From: Lingula anatina
Taxonomy: Eukaryota; Animalia; Brachiopoda
Reading direction: 5' to 3'
Assembly (NCBI GenBank): GCA_051362555.1
Contig: CM120645.1
Span: 14,136,001-14,200,000 of the forward strand
DNA: 64,000 nt
Positions 50,161 to 61,542 of the stretch are shown in pieces. How positions within the stretch are numbered: position 1 is the stretch's first letter; each line of letters starts with the position of its first letter. Below the pieces are notes generated by a model. The model saw only the letters and a program-made list of their open reading frames with translations. It had not been told where the DNA came from and did not search any database. The translations under genes were made by a program, and so were the position numbers.

Positions 50161-52009
50161 CCCTCATCCACAAGGAAATGGAACCCTACGTAAACCCTGA
50201 AACCGGGCCTCGGAGGCCCGGTGTACCATGAAAATCTGACTCCCCTAAAATGCGACTCCACAGTCAGATTTTCATAATGAAAATGTGACTCCCCCTATGA
50301 AATTTTGATTCCCCCCCCCCCCCCCCCAAAAAAAAAAAAAAGTTTGCAGGTAAAACTTTTCATGAAAAAAAAAAAATTAAAGATTTGTATTTTACCACCC
50401 AAGGAATCCCCTATGAAAAAGCTATTTATTTGATATTTGATGATCATTCTGACATCTTTTCTTTTAGGATACTTTATGAAGAATATATTGAAAATAATTG
50501 AAAGTTGGAATGGTAAAATTCTGGGTGAAAATAATTTACTAAATTCTTCATTTTCATATGCATGGGATTTGGACCCCATTGACTCCAATTATATTTGCTG
50601 TTGTTTTTCTCATTTTTCCCAAAGCTGAATGAAAAATGGGGACTGATGATTTTAAATGGATAATAAATTTGCATTCTTGTACCCATAGGATTTTGACTCC
50701 CTATAGGCTTTCAAATATTTCCAATATGATCTTCATAAAGTAAAAGTTAAAGAAAGGTGTTGAAATGATCATCAAATATTAAATAGCTTTTTATAGGGGA
50801 GTTATTGGGTGATAAAATGCACATTTTTAATTTTCTTATTTTTCATGTTTTTTTTTTTTTTTTTTTTAGTTTTTTCACCCAATACTTTACCATCCAACTT
50901 TCAAATATTTCCAATATAATCTTTATAAAGTAAAAGTAAAGATTTTGAAACGATCATCAAATATTAGATAGATAGCTTTTTCACAGGGGAGTCACTGGGT
51001 GATAAAATGCACATTTTTAATTTTCTTATTTTTCATGTTTTTTTTTTTTTTTTAGTTTTTTCACCCAATACTTTACCATCCAACTTTCAAATATTTCCAA
51101 TATAATCTTTATAAAGTAAATTTAAAGGAAAGATGTAGAAATGATCATCCAATATCAAATAAATAGCTTTTTCATAAGGGAGACAATGGGCGGTAAAGTG
51201 CACATTTTTAATTTTCTTATTATTCATGAAAATTTTCACCTGCAAACTAAAAAAAAGTGCCAATGTATCCTCCATTTTACATACTACAAGATCACAGTCA
51301 TATACTCAAATAAAATAAGATTTATGAAGTTTTGTGGAGAAGGAGTCAAATTTTCATGGGGGGAGTCAGATTTTCATTATGAAAATCTGACTGGGGGAGT
51401 CAGATTTTCATGGGAGTCAGATTTTCATGTTACAACGGTCCTTTGCTCGCTTTACCTCCACCTGGGTGAGTATACACTGTGTATGGAACATGCGGAAAAA
51501 TCTTTTTTTTTTCCTCAAAATGGAAAGTTTCGCAAAGGTAGCGCAGTCTATCAGGTATGTAATAATGATAGATTTAAACTGATATCTGCATATCAGGTGA
51601 CCAAGGTGACTGGTTACTCATAAATAATAATTCCTCCAGGTCTTGAATCTTTCACAGGCAGATTTCATTGACCATACTGATAGTCATAGCACACATGATA
51701 TTGCTTGTGTAAAGCATTTGATAGCAAAGATATTTGAGGTTACATAGACTTATTTATCCCATGTGGAAGTAAAATTATCAAGGGACCGGACCTCAGAGGC
51801 CCGGTTTCCAGGAAATGGGACTAACTTTTGGAAAAGTTAATTTCTACATATGGTGTAAATTATTTCAAAACTAATTATTAATCCATTGATGGGGTATAAG
51901 TTGCCTGAGGATTACATGAAAGGACCAGGCTCAAAACCTCATGCGAACGAAGAGAGAGCAAAAGATACATGGGTCCGGGCCTGCGAGGCCCCTGAAAGGT
52001 GATTGAGGG
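50161..52009. mobile_element. Non-autonomous piggyBac-type DNA transposon
   Basis: TTAA at 50157-50160 and 52010-52013; termini CCCTCA...TGAGGG. Subterminal palindromes ACCGGGCCTCGGAGGCCCGGT (50202), ACCGGACCTCAGAGGCCCGGT (51785) and CCGGGCCTGCGAGGCCC (51975). No transposase ORF. Confidence 0.8.
50218..51438. mobile_element. Foldback-like non-autonomous element nested in the piggyBac-type element
   Basis: TIRs CCG(G/T)TGTA(C/A)CATGAAAATCTGACTCCC. Iterated GAAAATCTGACT/GACTCC motifs at both ends. Three tandem subunits of about 190 bp (about 50705-51250) are inverted relative to about 50340-50550. Confidence 0.8.
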
Positions 52010-53611
52010 TTAAGTGGGTTTTAGACATAACTTAGCTTGACAGTAGTTCTATATTATTTCTCACTTACCTTTTGATAAAATCATTAAGCATTCCTCATAC
52101 CATTTTGTTCATAAGACAGTGTTTCATACCTTAGAACAATGCTGTTGGTTGTGTCTAAAATGCCTATTTCAAAGTCGCCAGTGCTTTGGAGAACAGTTTA
52201 AGACTAGTTTTCCCCCCTCTCCCCTTTCCTTCACAAAACTACAAATCTGCTCTTTATCACGGATATTTGAATAATTGATGTAAGTCAAGGTGCGTAGATT
52301 GTGAATTCTTCCATCTTATATCTTCAAGGGCGTATTATGATATGCGTGGTAACACTTGAGTTATAGATGTATACAGTACAGTTCTGGGCTTAAATTATGC
52401 AATGATTAATCCCTCAAGCCTTAGTCACACAAAAATGATATAGCTCCAACATACAAATCGAAGTATCTTTTATCGTCGGGATATGCCACACAACCCCCCC
52501 CCCCCCTCCAAGCTTCGGTACCATTTAGGCACCACTATCAGCGTTTGCTTGTAAAGGCTGCGGTCGGAAATCAAAAGCAGTAAAATGGCATTAGCACGTA
52601 TTCAACAATTTCTCGACATCGCCAGAGTTAATGGAACGTTTGTGCACGGTGGCATAGTACGGGTATTCACTACGATTCAGATAAGCGGGACCAAAGATGG
52701 ACCTCTCCTCTCTTATGATATAGATGAACACATGTTATTGATTAGCTTTTTCATACATCTATCAGCGACGCAGATTTAGTTTGTGCACTTTTCTCCAACG
52801 CGAGAAATGGAGATATGTGCAAGAATTAGCTAGAGAATCTGCGAATATCTTGTGAAAAAAATCCATCTGTGTCCTTGGTAAAGGGTACACGAAGCTTTGT
52901 CATAAGGTTAATTATAATAACTTCTTAGTAATTTGAAGTTCCATGTTTATCTATAAATCTTTGAACATCATAAAGAGTATTTTCATCCATTTTCTACTTT
53001 AACGCTCTTGCTGATTTTAGTGTTAGTTTTTAATATAACTAAGAGAAGAAAGACCAACATTTTAAAGCGGCTGCAAAAGTTGAAAACGTGTACAGCTTTG
53101 GGAAACAGGAAGTGATACGTTTACACCCCTCCTTTTCCTTTGCCTTCGTAGAGAGCTGGCAGCCTGTCTTCACCACTAATAACTGAATAATGGATTAAAG
53201 TGACGCTCTTGAAATATTGATGCGGAAAGTATAAGCCTGTGATACAGTTATGCCAATTTTGGTCGACCATACCTTATAAGCACAAGAATTGTATTTTACT
53301 AAACAGATACGAGTCTTTCGTTTTTTAGGGAGTCGTAGCAAAGCCGTCTTAACCCAGGGTGGAATCTACGAAATATACAGGTAGTAGTAGGCCTATGCAT
53401 GGCAAACACAAAAAAAAAAAAACATTTGATATAAAGAGATAACCTTTAAAGGTTATTTATGTTAAAACAAAATCCCCCTAGATTGGGCGCACGTACCCTA
53501 CATTAGATAGGTTACCACACTGAACAAATTCAACTGCACTTGGTCATAATAAGGGGCATGATAAAAGGGTTTCGGAAAGTTACACACAAATATACATGTG
53601 CATGTACTTGA

Positions 53612-53612
<1 letters not shown>

Positions 53613-53658
<46 letters not shown>
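53613..53658. repeat. Poly(G) tract (46 nt)
   Basis: Read directly; the length may be unreliable in an assembly. Confidence 0.9.
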
Positions 53659-53659
<1 letters not shown>

Positions 53660-53796
53660 AGTTACCCTTTATTAAAAAAAAATATTTTACCCTTCTTCCC
53701 GTCGATATTCTGCTACTCAGATATGACCCTTCAGGTCATATTTTCTATGGCAGGTGCCTCCACAACCCGAACTCCTTTAAACCAAGTTACGTGTTA

Positions 53797-53920
53797 GGCT
53801 GTGCTCAGAACAGTGGACTAACTAGTCCGAGGGCCAAATTTGGCGACCCACTACTAAGCTTGCCGTCTAATCCGCTAATAGACACTGACTATATTCCGTG
53901 GCCGGCCATGTTTGACCCTC
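53797..53920. mobile_element. Diverged, partly deleted copy of the 60605-60778 Harbinger MITE, in opposite orientation
   Basis: Shares GGACTAA.TAGTCCGAGGG.CAAAT.TGGCGA.CCACTAC and GTCTAATCCGCTAATAGACACTGA with the reverse complement of 60605-60778. Confidence 0.8.
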
Positions 53921-54333
53921 TTGGTACGTTTTGGGTATAGATCGATCTATCTTAGGTATGTGGGTAGGGTCTAAAAGTCGCCTACCTCTACCAGCAGTGT
54001 TGCGACAGCAGAAGATAAAATGAAATTACGTCTCTTTTTACCCGCATCATTTTCCAGAAAAAGAAACCTCTTTAACCATCAGTTGTCGTCGGCAGTATGA
54101 ACTATGACATAGCCTCTTTCGACCAACGGGGCGTATGTCAAATTACAATTGGTAAAATTATTGGTTAAACTTTGCATTAAGAGCACGTGGCAAACTCTGA
54201 AAACAGTTCAACTCCTCCTCTCTCTAATTATCCCTACATCTTTTACGTCACAAATCTCACAACCATACACATCACAGCTATTTAAAAAAGAAAGAATTTA
54301 TGTAACGAAGCTCAGTAAGAGAGTTGCCCATTT

Positions 54334-54340
54334 TATAAAA
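54334..54340 (+). promoter_or_regulatory. TATA box of the secreted VWD-domain gene
   Basis: TATAAAA about 60 nt upstream of GCCATG at 54396. Confidence 0.55.
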
Positions 54341-54395
54341 ACTCCACGATTATCAAGTGCACGGCCTGAGATTTTTTCTTGAAATTGTTATTGCC

Positions 54396-57300
54396 ATGTC
54401 GCTTCAAGGGTTCTTTCTAGGCGCGATCATACTGCAATTTGCCTTGGCCTCTGCCATTGAATTCGACGATCCGAGATTACCTGACCCGGGACTTGCCCCA
54501 TTTCTGCCGGTCCCACCGGCTGCATGTGCTGGTAAGTATATTAACAGTAGATTACAGATATTTTGTGATTTTGTGGAAAGTGTATATATACATATATACA
54601 TATATACATATTCAGAATAGGTATAATTGTACAATGTTCGCATGAATGTCCGGTTGTCTGAATGCATTTTATTCCACGCAGATTGCCCAAACTCAGAGCC
54701 ATCTGGGAGCTATCATTATTACATTCACTTCATATAACAATCTAAAGTTATTAGTTGACAAGAACGTTATAACAGACCGTCACCGCGATCACTGCATGAA
54801 AAAACACCTTTTATCGCCTTTCATTCATCTACAAAATGTTATCGAAAGATGATCCCTCATCTTTCATCATCCTTTCCTGACGAAAAGGTCATCTTTCACC
54901 ATTCATTTGTAAAAGGTCATCTTTTTATCAACTTTTACGTCTCGGAAAGACCGTCATTCACATTTTCATTAACTTTCAGTTTTCAAAAGTTCAACTATCA
55001 CCTTTTACACTGCGAAAGGCCACCTTACATTCCAGCTTTTGTTAACTGGAAAGGTCTCATTTTGTTAACTTTTATTTTCTGAAAGCTTAAGACTAATTTT
55101 ATAATAATGCGTGGTGATCTTTTGTATGTATACTATTTATTTTATGTACAGGACTTAATTCCGTATCTTACATTAAGCGCATTATGGAAAAAGCGAATAC
55201 TTTTGCAAATTGTTTGCATGATGAAATGTTTTGCACTTTGATTAAAGTATTTAACTGATAGATTGAATATGGTGATTTGCATTTCGGAGAAAAAATTATG
55301 CAATCTTGCATTGGCTGGAGTTTATGTATAAATATATAGCATTCAGAGCAGTAGAAGAAGTGTTCACCGAATTTCACTTGAGGTAGACATGTAATTTTGA
55401 CGCTTTAAACGACAAACAACTTTCAGAATCGAAAGTAACTATATTTTTATTCCAATATTGTCAGGGTTTAAATACAGCAAATAAAAAATTATATGTCAGA
55501 GGTCACATCTCCATATTTGCCTAGATAATTACTTTCACAGGAAATGATCTCCATGCTTCTGGACAGTAGCTAATTATGTCAGGATTATAGCATTGATTGC
55601 ACCAAGTCAAAATAGTGTTTGAGGTCACCTCTCCATAATTTGCCTGGCTAGAGGCTCGTCTCTAAACAGAAAACCACCCCTCCTCGACCAAAAAGGCAAT
55701 AGGATCTCTCGTCACTAACTTTGTTATTTTCAGTAATGTCAGGATTTTAGCATTGATTGCACCAAGTCAAAATAGTGTTTGAGGTCACCTCTCCATAATT
55801 TGCCTGGCTAGAGGCTCATCTCTAAACAGAAAACCACCCCTCCTCGACAAAAAAGGCAATAGGATCTCTCGTCACTAACTTTGTTATTTTCAGTAATGTC
55901 AGGATTTTAGCATTGATTGCACCAAGTCAAAATAGTGTTTGAGGCCACCTCTCCATAATTTGCCTGGCTAGAGGCTCGTCTCTAAACAGAAAACCACCCC
56001 TCCTCGACAAAAAAGGCAATAGGATCTCTCGTCACTAACTTTGTTATTTTCAGTAATGTCAGGATTTTAGCATTGATTGCACCAAGTTCAAAAAGTGTTT
56101 GAGGTCACCTCTCCATAATTTGCCTGGCTAGAGGCTCGTCTCTTAACAGAAAACCACCCCTCCTTGACAAAAAAGGTTATAGGATCTCTCATCACTAACT
56201 TTGTTATTTGCAGTTATGTCAGTATTAGCATTGATTGTATCAAGTCAAAAATTATAATTACAATAAATGTCAGAGGTCACCTCTCCATAGTTTGCCTGAC
56301 CAGGGGATCGTTTCTAAGGATAAAACCACTCTAAAATTGTTATTATGTGTTTTAGACTCCAGAGAGCAAGTTTTACCTTTTACATAATCCCTAATAGTAA
56401 GGCCCTGGGCATGATGGAAATATTTAACCGAAGTTGGATAGGTAGTAATCAGCTATGCAATTGGAATTTGTTTGTATTGGAACTGGTTATATTACTGACA
56501 GACTGTTTGCATATCCTTCATTCATCTTGCTTACACTTCTGTAGTTAATCTTAATATCAGAGGAAAATTATCAACCATACATAACTGTTTACTTATTCTC
56601 TTGCTCAGAGCGAGTCAGTCTCCCCTTTACCATTTTAGCATGTTTAATTCCATAAATCTGATGGAGAGGGGGTCTGAGGTAAACACAATGAGGTTATACA
56701 CGTAGGTTAACAATTTCTATTGTAGCTGCAGACTGGGAATTCATGTATAACAGGAGCACAGGAATGCTGCCTTCTTTAAGATGTTCATCTATTTTCTTGT
56801 GACGACAGGCACTGCTTTTTCATCGTTGTGACGCCCAATTCCTTTATAAAAGAAAAGACATACTGAATAATAGAGACATGACAAAAACACATGACAATAT
56901 TTTTCTGAGAACTTAATTCTTTTCTATAATGTGCAGCTGTTTTAAATAGTGTCATTTTCGGTTGTATAAGGCTGTATTCCCAGAGCTTTTAGATCGATCT
57001 CTCCCCGCAGGGAGTCTCACTAGATTACTGTCAGATAATCCGGCTTAAATGTCCGTCCTGCCTACTACAAGCTGTAAGGGGGTAATTAACTTTCGTGTCC
57101 GCTCGGCTGACAGCTATTTAGCGTGAACCCCCAGGGAGTTAGGTCGATCTAAAGTAGATCGATCTAATCTCTGGAAATGGGGTCTAAGTCGAATCCATCC
57201 CCTTTCACATTAAAGCACCCCCTTGTAATCCAACACATGGGAATATTCTAACACTTTTAAAAATGACAACCCCTTGTTGTTACCCCGTATCGTGGACGTG

Positions 57301-60300
57301 CACATATATTTCCAAAATTCACAGTGAGTAACAGGTCAAACGTTAGAACAGACAAAGGCCAAGCCCAATGAAACTCAGTTTAACTCGATCCTTTCTCGAG
57401 AGACGGCCAAATTACCCTGCAACATGCAGTGCGTCGAGAAAGATTCCCGCTTTAATCCCAGAAGTATGCTTTGCTATAATTTGTGTTAAACATACACTGT
57501 GCGAACAAAACTGAAATCACTATATCACCTACCTTGTAAAACGATGACCGTCTGCCCCGTGTCTATAGTGATCTATATAATTGTCTCTTGCTGTTTTAGT
57601 CTTGAGTAAAACACGAAGTTAAAGGTTGCCGTGCGAGCTTTTCTGCCATTAATACTGCGTTATAGGTCAATGCTAGAGAATCGGCGCGAAAGATATCCCA
57701 TTACAGACTATCTGCGCATGCGCAAGGCCAGGCGGTTGAAAATGCGCGGACTGTAAGTCTGTGTAGGCCGGTCACAGAAGATAATTTCCAAGCCACCGTA
57801 TTGATTATGGTCGACTTCTTTGCAAGATGGCATTTGTTGCGGCGATATTTTAACTGATGAGGATGAAGAGAATGAGTAAATGCATCAGGTAGGTCTAATA
57901 TAACATTTGAATCACTCAGTCATAATAAGGGAACAAACAACCGTGTCACTGACGCCCAAGATGGGTTTTATGCACGGAGAACAGACCGTGCTGAAAAAAG
58001 ATTATCACGATCGTGAAACAATTGTTAATCGAACACTCTGTCCTATTTATTAGAACACTGCAAAAAGTTTACGTCAAAGTACGGCCCCGCGTACAAGTAA
58101 AGATTCTGTACATGTATATAACTGGCCTGTATTAATCCCATAGAGTCGACCTACATTCCTTGACCTAAATTCCAGGCAGGGTTATATAATCAATGCACTG
58201 GTTCACTCGCAGGGTTCATACAGCACTTTAAGTGCTTGAATCTAGTATATATTGCCCCTTGTACATGTATTCAGTCTGTTTATGACATTAAAAGTACTTG
58301 AAATTGTTATTAGCCTTACAAAGGGCTTGTATTTATCATTTTCCCTAAAAAATTCTGGGATTTGATCAGTTAGAAATTTGTCGAATGATTATTTCAAACC
58401 TTGTTTTTAACCTGAATGTAGACATGCTGGGGGAATGCCCTTTTTAATCTGTCATTTTTTTTCTCATGTTTCATTATCATTAAAATACAAAGTTTGTGTG
58501 AATGATGCACCTCTTTTGTATGCAAACTTAAAAATGACAGTAAGATGCATTGAGTTATTGAAAAGTTATTGATTTAGAGCCTCAGAAGTCATTCAATTTG
58601 CTTTTATGTTGCTGTATGAACCTTAAGCAGTAATCATGAATATCTTCATCATTGCATGTAGTTATTTCAGCATTCATATTTTCATTAATGAAAACTGTTT
58701 GTATGACATTACACTAAAATAATTCACTATCTTAAAATATCTATTTCTTTTTCAGATGCTATTAAAAGACAGGCTGTCTGAACAGCATATAAAACAAGCA
58801 AAGTGGATGGACTAAGGCAAAAAAATTGGAAGAGAAGAATGGGGTATGTAATACAGGAGCCTATATAAGTTCTGTACAAAGCCCAATCAAGTTGCCTAGC
58901 AGTAATCATGAATGCATATTTTCATCATTACTTGTAGCTATTTCATTATTCATATTGCCCTAATTGAAAACTTTTCGCATGATATTACACTCAAATAATT
59001 CACTCTTTTTATCTATTTACCAGGTGCCATTAAAAGATACTACAGTTCTGAAAAGTAGGAGGATGTTCTAAAACAAGCAAAAGGACTGGATGAGCTGAAA
59101 CAAAAAATATGGAAAAAAAGGAAGGAGGTACTATTATAGAAGCATGTTTAAACCTTGTAAAATCTCTCTTTTAAGACTTTTGATGGCTTTAAGTCCATAG
59201 TTTGAAAATACTTCTAACATCATAAAAGTTGCCATTGTTTTCATCATATTTGATTAGCATTAAAATGAACTGTTACCCAAAACAGCATTTATCATTACAT
59301 GCATCCTATTTTTCAGGAAGCAAAAGACAAAGATTTGGGCAGGCAAAGTGTTCTCTTGACAGACGATTCCAGGAAAACTACTCCCAGGAGAGCGGGAAGT
59401 TATGCATATATAGTAGGACTAGTGGATCTGGCTGAAAGTACATTTAGAGAACATTTCCTGGGCCTTTCTTGGATAATCAAAACAAAAAATCAAATGTCCT
59501 TGGATTATCAAAAAACTTTCAAAAGACAAGCGCAACCTGCACAAAAATGTTATAATGGAATAAATTATTAAAATTTATACCATGTGTTGTTCTGTTTATC
59601 AATATATTATTAAATCGCGGCAATAAATATTACATTAAAATACGTAACAAAAGAAGGAAAAATGCAATCTTTTCTTAAATAAAAAGGTTTGAAAAGGTTA
59701 TCTTTTGTATCTGAAAAGTTGCACAAAAGGCATCTGAAAGTTGGACTTTTTAGCAGGAAAAGGTAGAGAAAAGTGGGTCTTTCATATGTCTTTTAGCATG
59801 CAAAAAGTTGATGAATGATGAACTTGAGAATACCTTTTCTTCAAGCAAAAGATCGTCTTTTTGCAGCAAAAGGTTTATGAAAGTTAAACTTTTGAGTAGA
59901 GAAAAGGTGAAGAAAAGTGGGCCATTTGTATACCTTTTCACTTATACAAAAGTCATTTAAAAGATCGTCTTTTACACCTTTCCTAAAAAAACGAAAGGTC
60001 TAGGAAAGGTGTGAGAAGGTGAATAAAAGGAGGCCTTTTGATCGCCTTTCAGGATATATAAAAGCTGATTTTTCATGCAGTGGATACTTCGGCAAACCAT
60101 AACCAGGATCTCCAAATTACAATTTCGTTCAAGGAACCTTTTATCTTCAATTTTATCTATCAATCTTTATTATCACGTACGTGCCGCCCATATATATCTA
60201 TTTTACTTTTGCCTGTTTATTAATTTGTTTTTGTTTTTTTTAAATCGATGTACTTCAATCTTTTTTCAATCAACGAAAATTAAATTACTGGTCTACTTTT

Positions 60301-60577
60301 TTTTAAACCAGCTAAGTTGGGTCTGTGTACCTGCGGCGGGAAAGGAGAACCACATTTTATCACATGCGATGGAAGGAAGTTCCCCTTTAATGCCCCTATA
60401 GGTAATATCGGAAATTTGGCGTCCGGCTTCAATAATTGGTGGTACGTGTGGATCAAGCATGCCCTTTACGAGGGTGGACCACGTACATACATCAGTGCAG
60501 TTAGGTTTGGGTGCAATGGCAATGTAGTAGACTTTAACTTTAACCCCCCTGGAAACACAGACGCTCCTGAAACCTAT
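54396..60577 (+). CDS. Secreted von Willebrand factor type D (VWD) domain protein; 3'-partial
   Basis: Exon 1, 54396-54531: MSLQGFFLGAIILQFALASA signal peptide plus Pro-rich linker, donor G|GTAAGT, phase 1. Exon 2, 60312-60577: phase 1 start, CTCGGKGEPHFITCDGRKFPF matches the VWD start C...GDPHY.TFDG..Y.F, donor T|GTAAGT. Remaining exons were not found in the window. Confidence 0.8.
55576..56330. repeat. 160-bp tandem satellite: 4 near-identical units plus degenerate flanking units
   Basis: ATGTCAG(G/T)ATT recurs at 55576, 55736, 55896, 56056 and 56216; diverged partial unit at about 55490-55575. Confidence 0.95.
56970..57184. mobile_element. 215-bp PIF/Harbinger (Tourist-like) MITE nested in the CACTA element
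   Basis: TAA on both sides (56967-56969, 57185-57187). Imperfect TIR ..ATTCCCAGAG..TTAGATCGATCT / AGATCGATCTAATCTCTGGAAAT. Confidence 0.75.
58210..58625. mobile_element. 416-bp TIR element (hAT-like termini) nested in the CACTA element
   Basis: CAGGGTTCATACAGCA ... TGCTGTATGAACCTTA; repeated AAGT(A/G)CTTGAA motifs; no TSD recognised. Confidence 0.65.
58626..59160. repeat. Diverged tandem duplication (about 272-bp period) containing an exon-like segment
   Basis: AGCAGTAATCATGAAT recurs at 58626 and 58898 with colinear downstream similarity. Confidence 0.85.
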
Positions 60578-60604
60578 GTAAGTCGACATTGACATAATCA
60601 CTAA

Positions 60605-60778
60605 GGCCCCATTCAGAATAGGGGACTAGCTGGTCCGGGGGTCAAATATGGCGACCCACTTGAATACTTCCCCACGGGATATCTTTTCAGTGTCTATTAG
60701 CGGATTAGACGACAAGTTTTGTAGTGGATCGCCATATTTGACCCTCGGACTACTTAGTCCCCTTTTCTGAATGGGACC
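60605..60778. mobile_element. 174-bp PIF/Harbinger (Tourist-like) MITE
   Basis: About 55-bp TIR GG(C/T)CCCATTCAGAA.AGGGGACTA...GGTCAAATATGGCGA.CCACT; TSD TAA (60602-60604, 60779-60781). Confidence 0.9.
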
Positions 60779-61542
60779 TAAGTATCGCTGGATGCTTTAA
60801 CTGTATGATAGCTTTTTTTTTTTCAAATCAATCCACTGGAAAAAAGCTTTCTTCTTATTTTTCATTTGGAAGCAAAGGACATTTAACCTATATTCTTCTG
60901 CCATAACCAAATCGCTTATTTTTCCTGTTCCTCAGAACTTCGGGACCTTAAGAAAACCAATCTGCAAAATGCTTCATTTACCAAATTGCATCATTTGTAA
61001 GAATGTTATCAGCAGGATAGGAAAGGGGGGACGACCCTCCAGCGGCTCAATTACTCAAAAGAATGCCGCCTAAATCCTGTGATTGTCTCCCCGCCTCCAC
61101 ACGGGCCATTAAACGGATTAATTCTCGGCCCTGAGGTTTAATTGCTAGGCCCCTGCAGCGAAGACGCACGTGGAGACGGGGACCATTAGGGAATTAAGAA
61201 CATCGCTTTTAAGTTGGTCGGCCATATTTAGCCCTCAGAACCGTTATTTTGCGGATCAGCTTATTTTGAATAAGGTCATAGTAGCCTGTGAGCGTGGTAA
61301 GTGTACCATATCTAAAGGAGGACGAAGTACCATAGTAAAAAAATGCAAGGGGGAAATTTTTAATAAAATTGAATTATATTTGGCGTAGAGAAAAGAAACA
61401 AAAAGAACCACGACTACTCTCTCACTGCTAAGTTAAGGAATATACTTTCTGTAAAAGCTGATTACAGTACGTTTGGGGCCCAGTAATCAAACAAACGTAT
61501 ACTGTTCTCTCAGCCAGGACCAAAGATTATTTTTTAACTAGA

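Larger units (their letters stand above)
57827..59571 (+). pseudogene. Decayed multi-exon gene inside the CACTA element (basic, helical product of unknown family)
   Basis: Perfect TGCGCATGCGCA (57713-57724), CAAGATGGC (57823) and donor CAG|GTAGGT (57888). Exon-like segments 58756-58843, 59024-59127 and 59317-59571 have consensus splice sites; AIKRYYSSEK*EDVLKQAK carries an in-frame stop; AATAAA at 59622. Confidence 0.45.
54790..60082. mobile_element. 5293-bp non-autonomous EnSpm/CACTA (CACTG-type) transposon in intron 1 of the VWD gene
   Basis: 25-bp TIR CACTGCATGAAAAA(A/T)CA(C/G)CTTTTAT and 3-bp TSD GAT (54787-54789, 60083-60085). Dense subterminal AAAAGG/CCTTTT repeats at about 54805-55060 and 59680-60060. 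Confidence 0.88.

Noticed and set aside
51141-51623. 160-aa ORF as a transposase
   Set aside because: Lies across the foldback arm and TIR repeats; no DDE/DDD motifs.
53613-53658. Poly(G) tract as a functional G-quadruplex element
   Set aside because: Many G/C homopolymers occur throughout the window; their lengths are error-prone and nothing ties this one to a function.
55576-56330. CRISPR array or repeated coding exons
   Set aside because: Units are contiguous with no unique spacers, the context is eukaryotic, and no donor sites or consistent open frame were seen.
61000-61400. GC-richer block as exon 3 of the VWD gene
   Set aside because: No phase-0 acceptor giving a VWD-like continuation was found; probably a repeat fragment or regulatory DNA.
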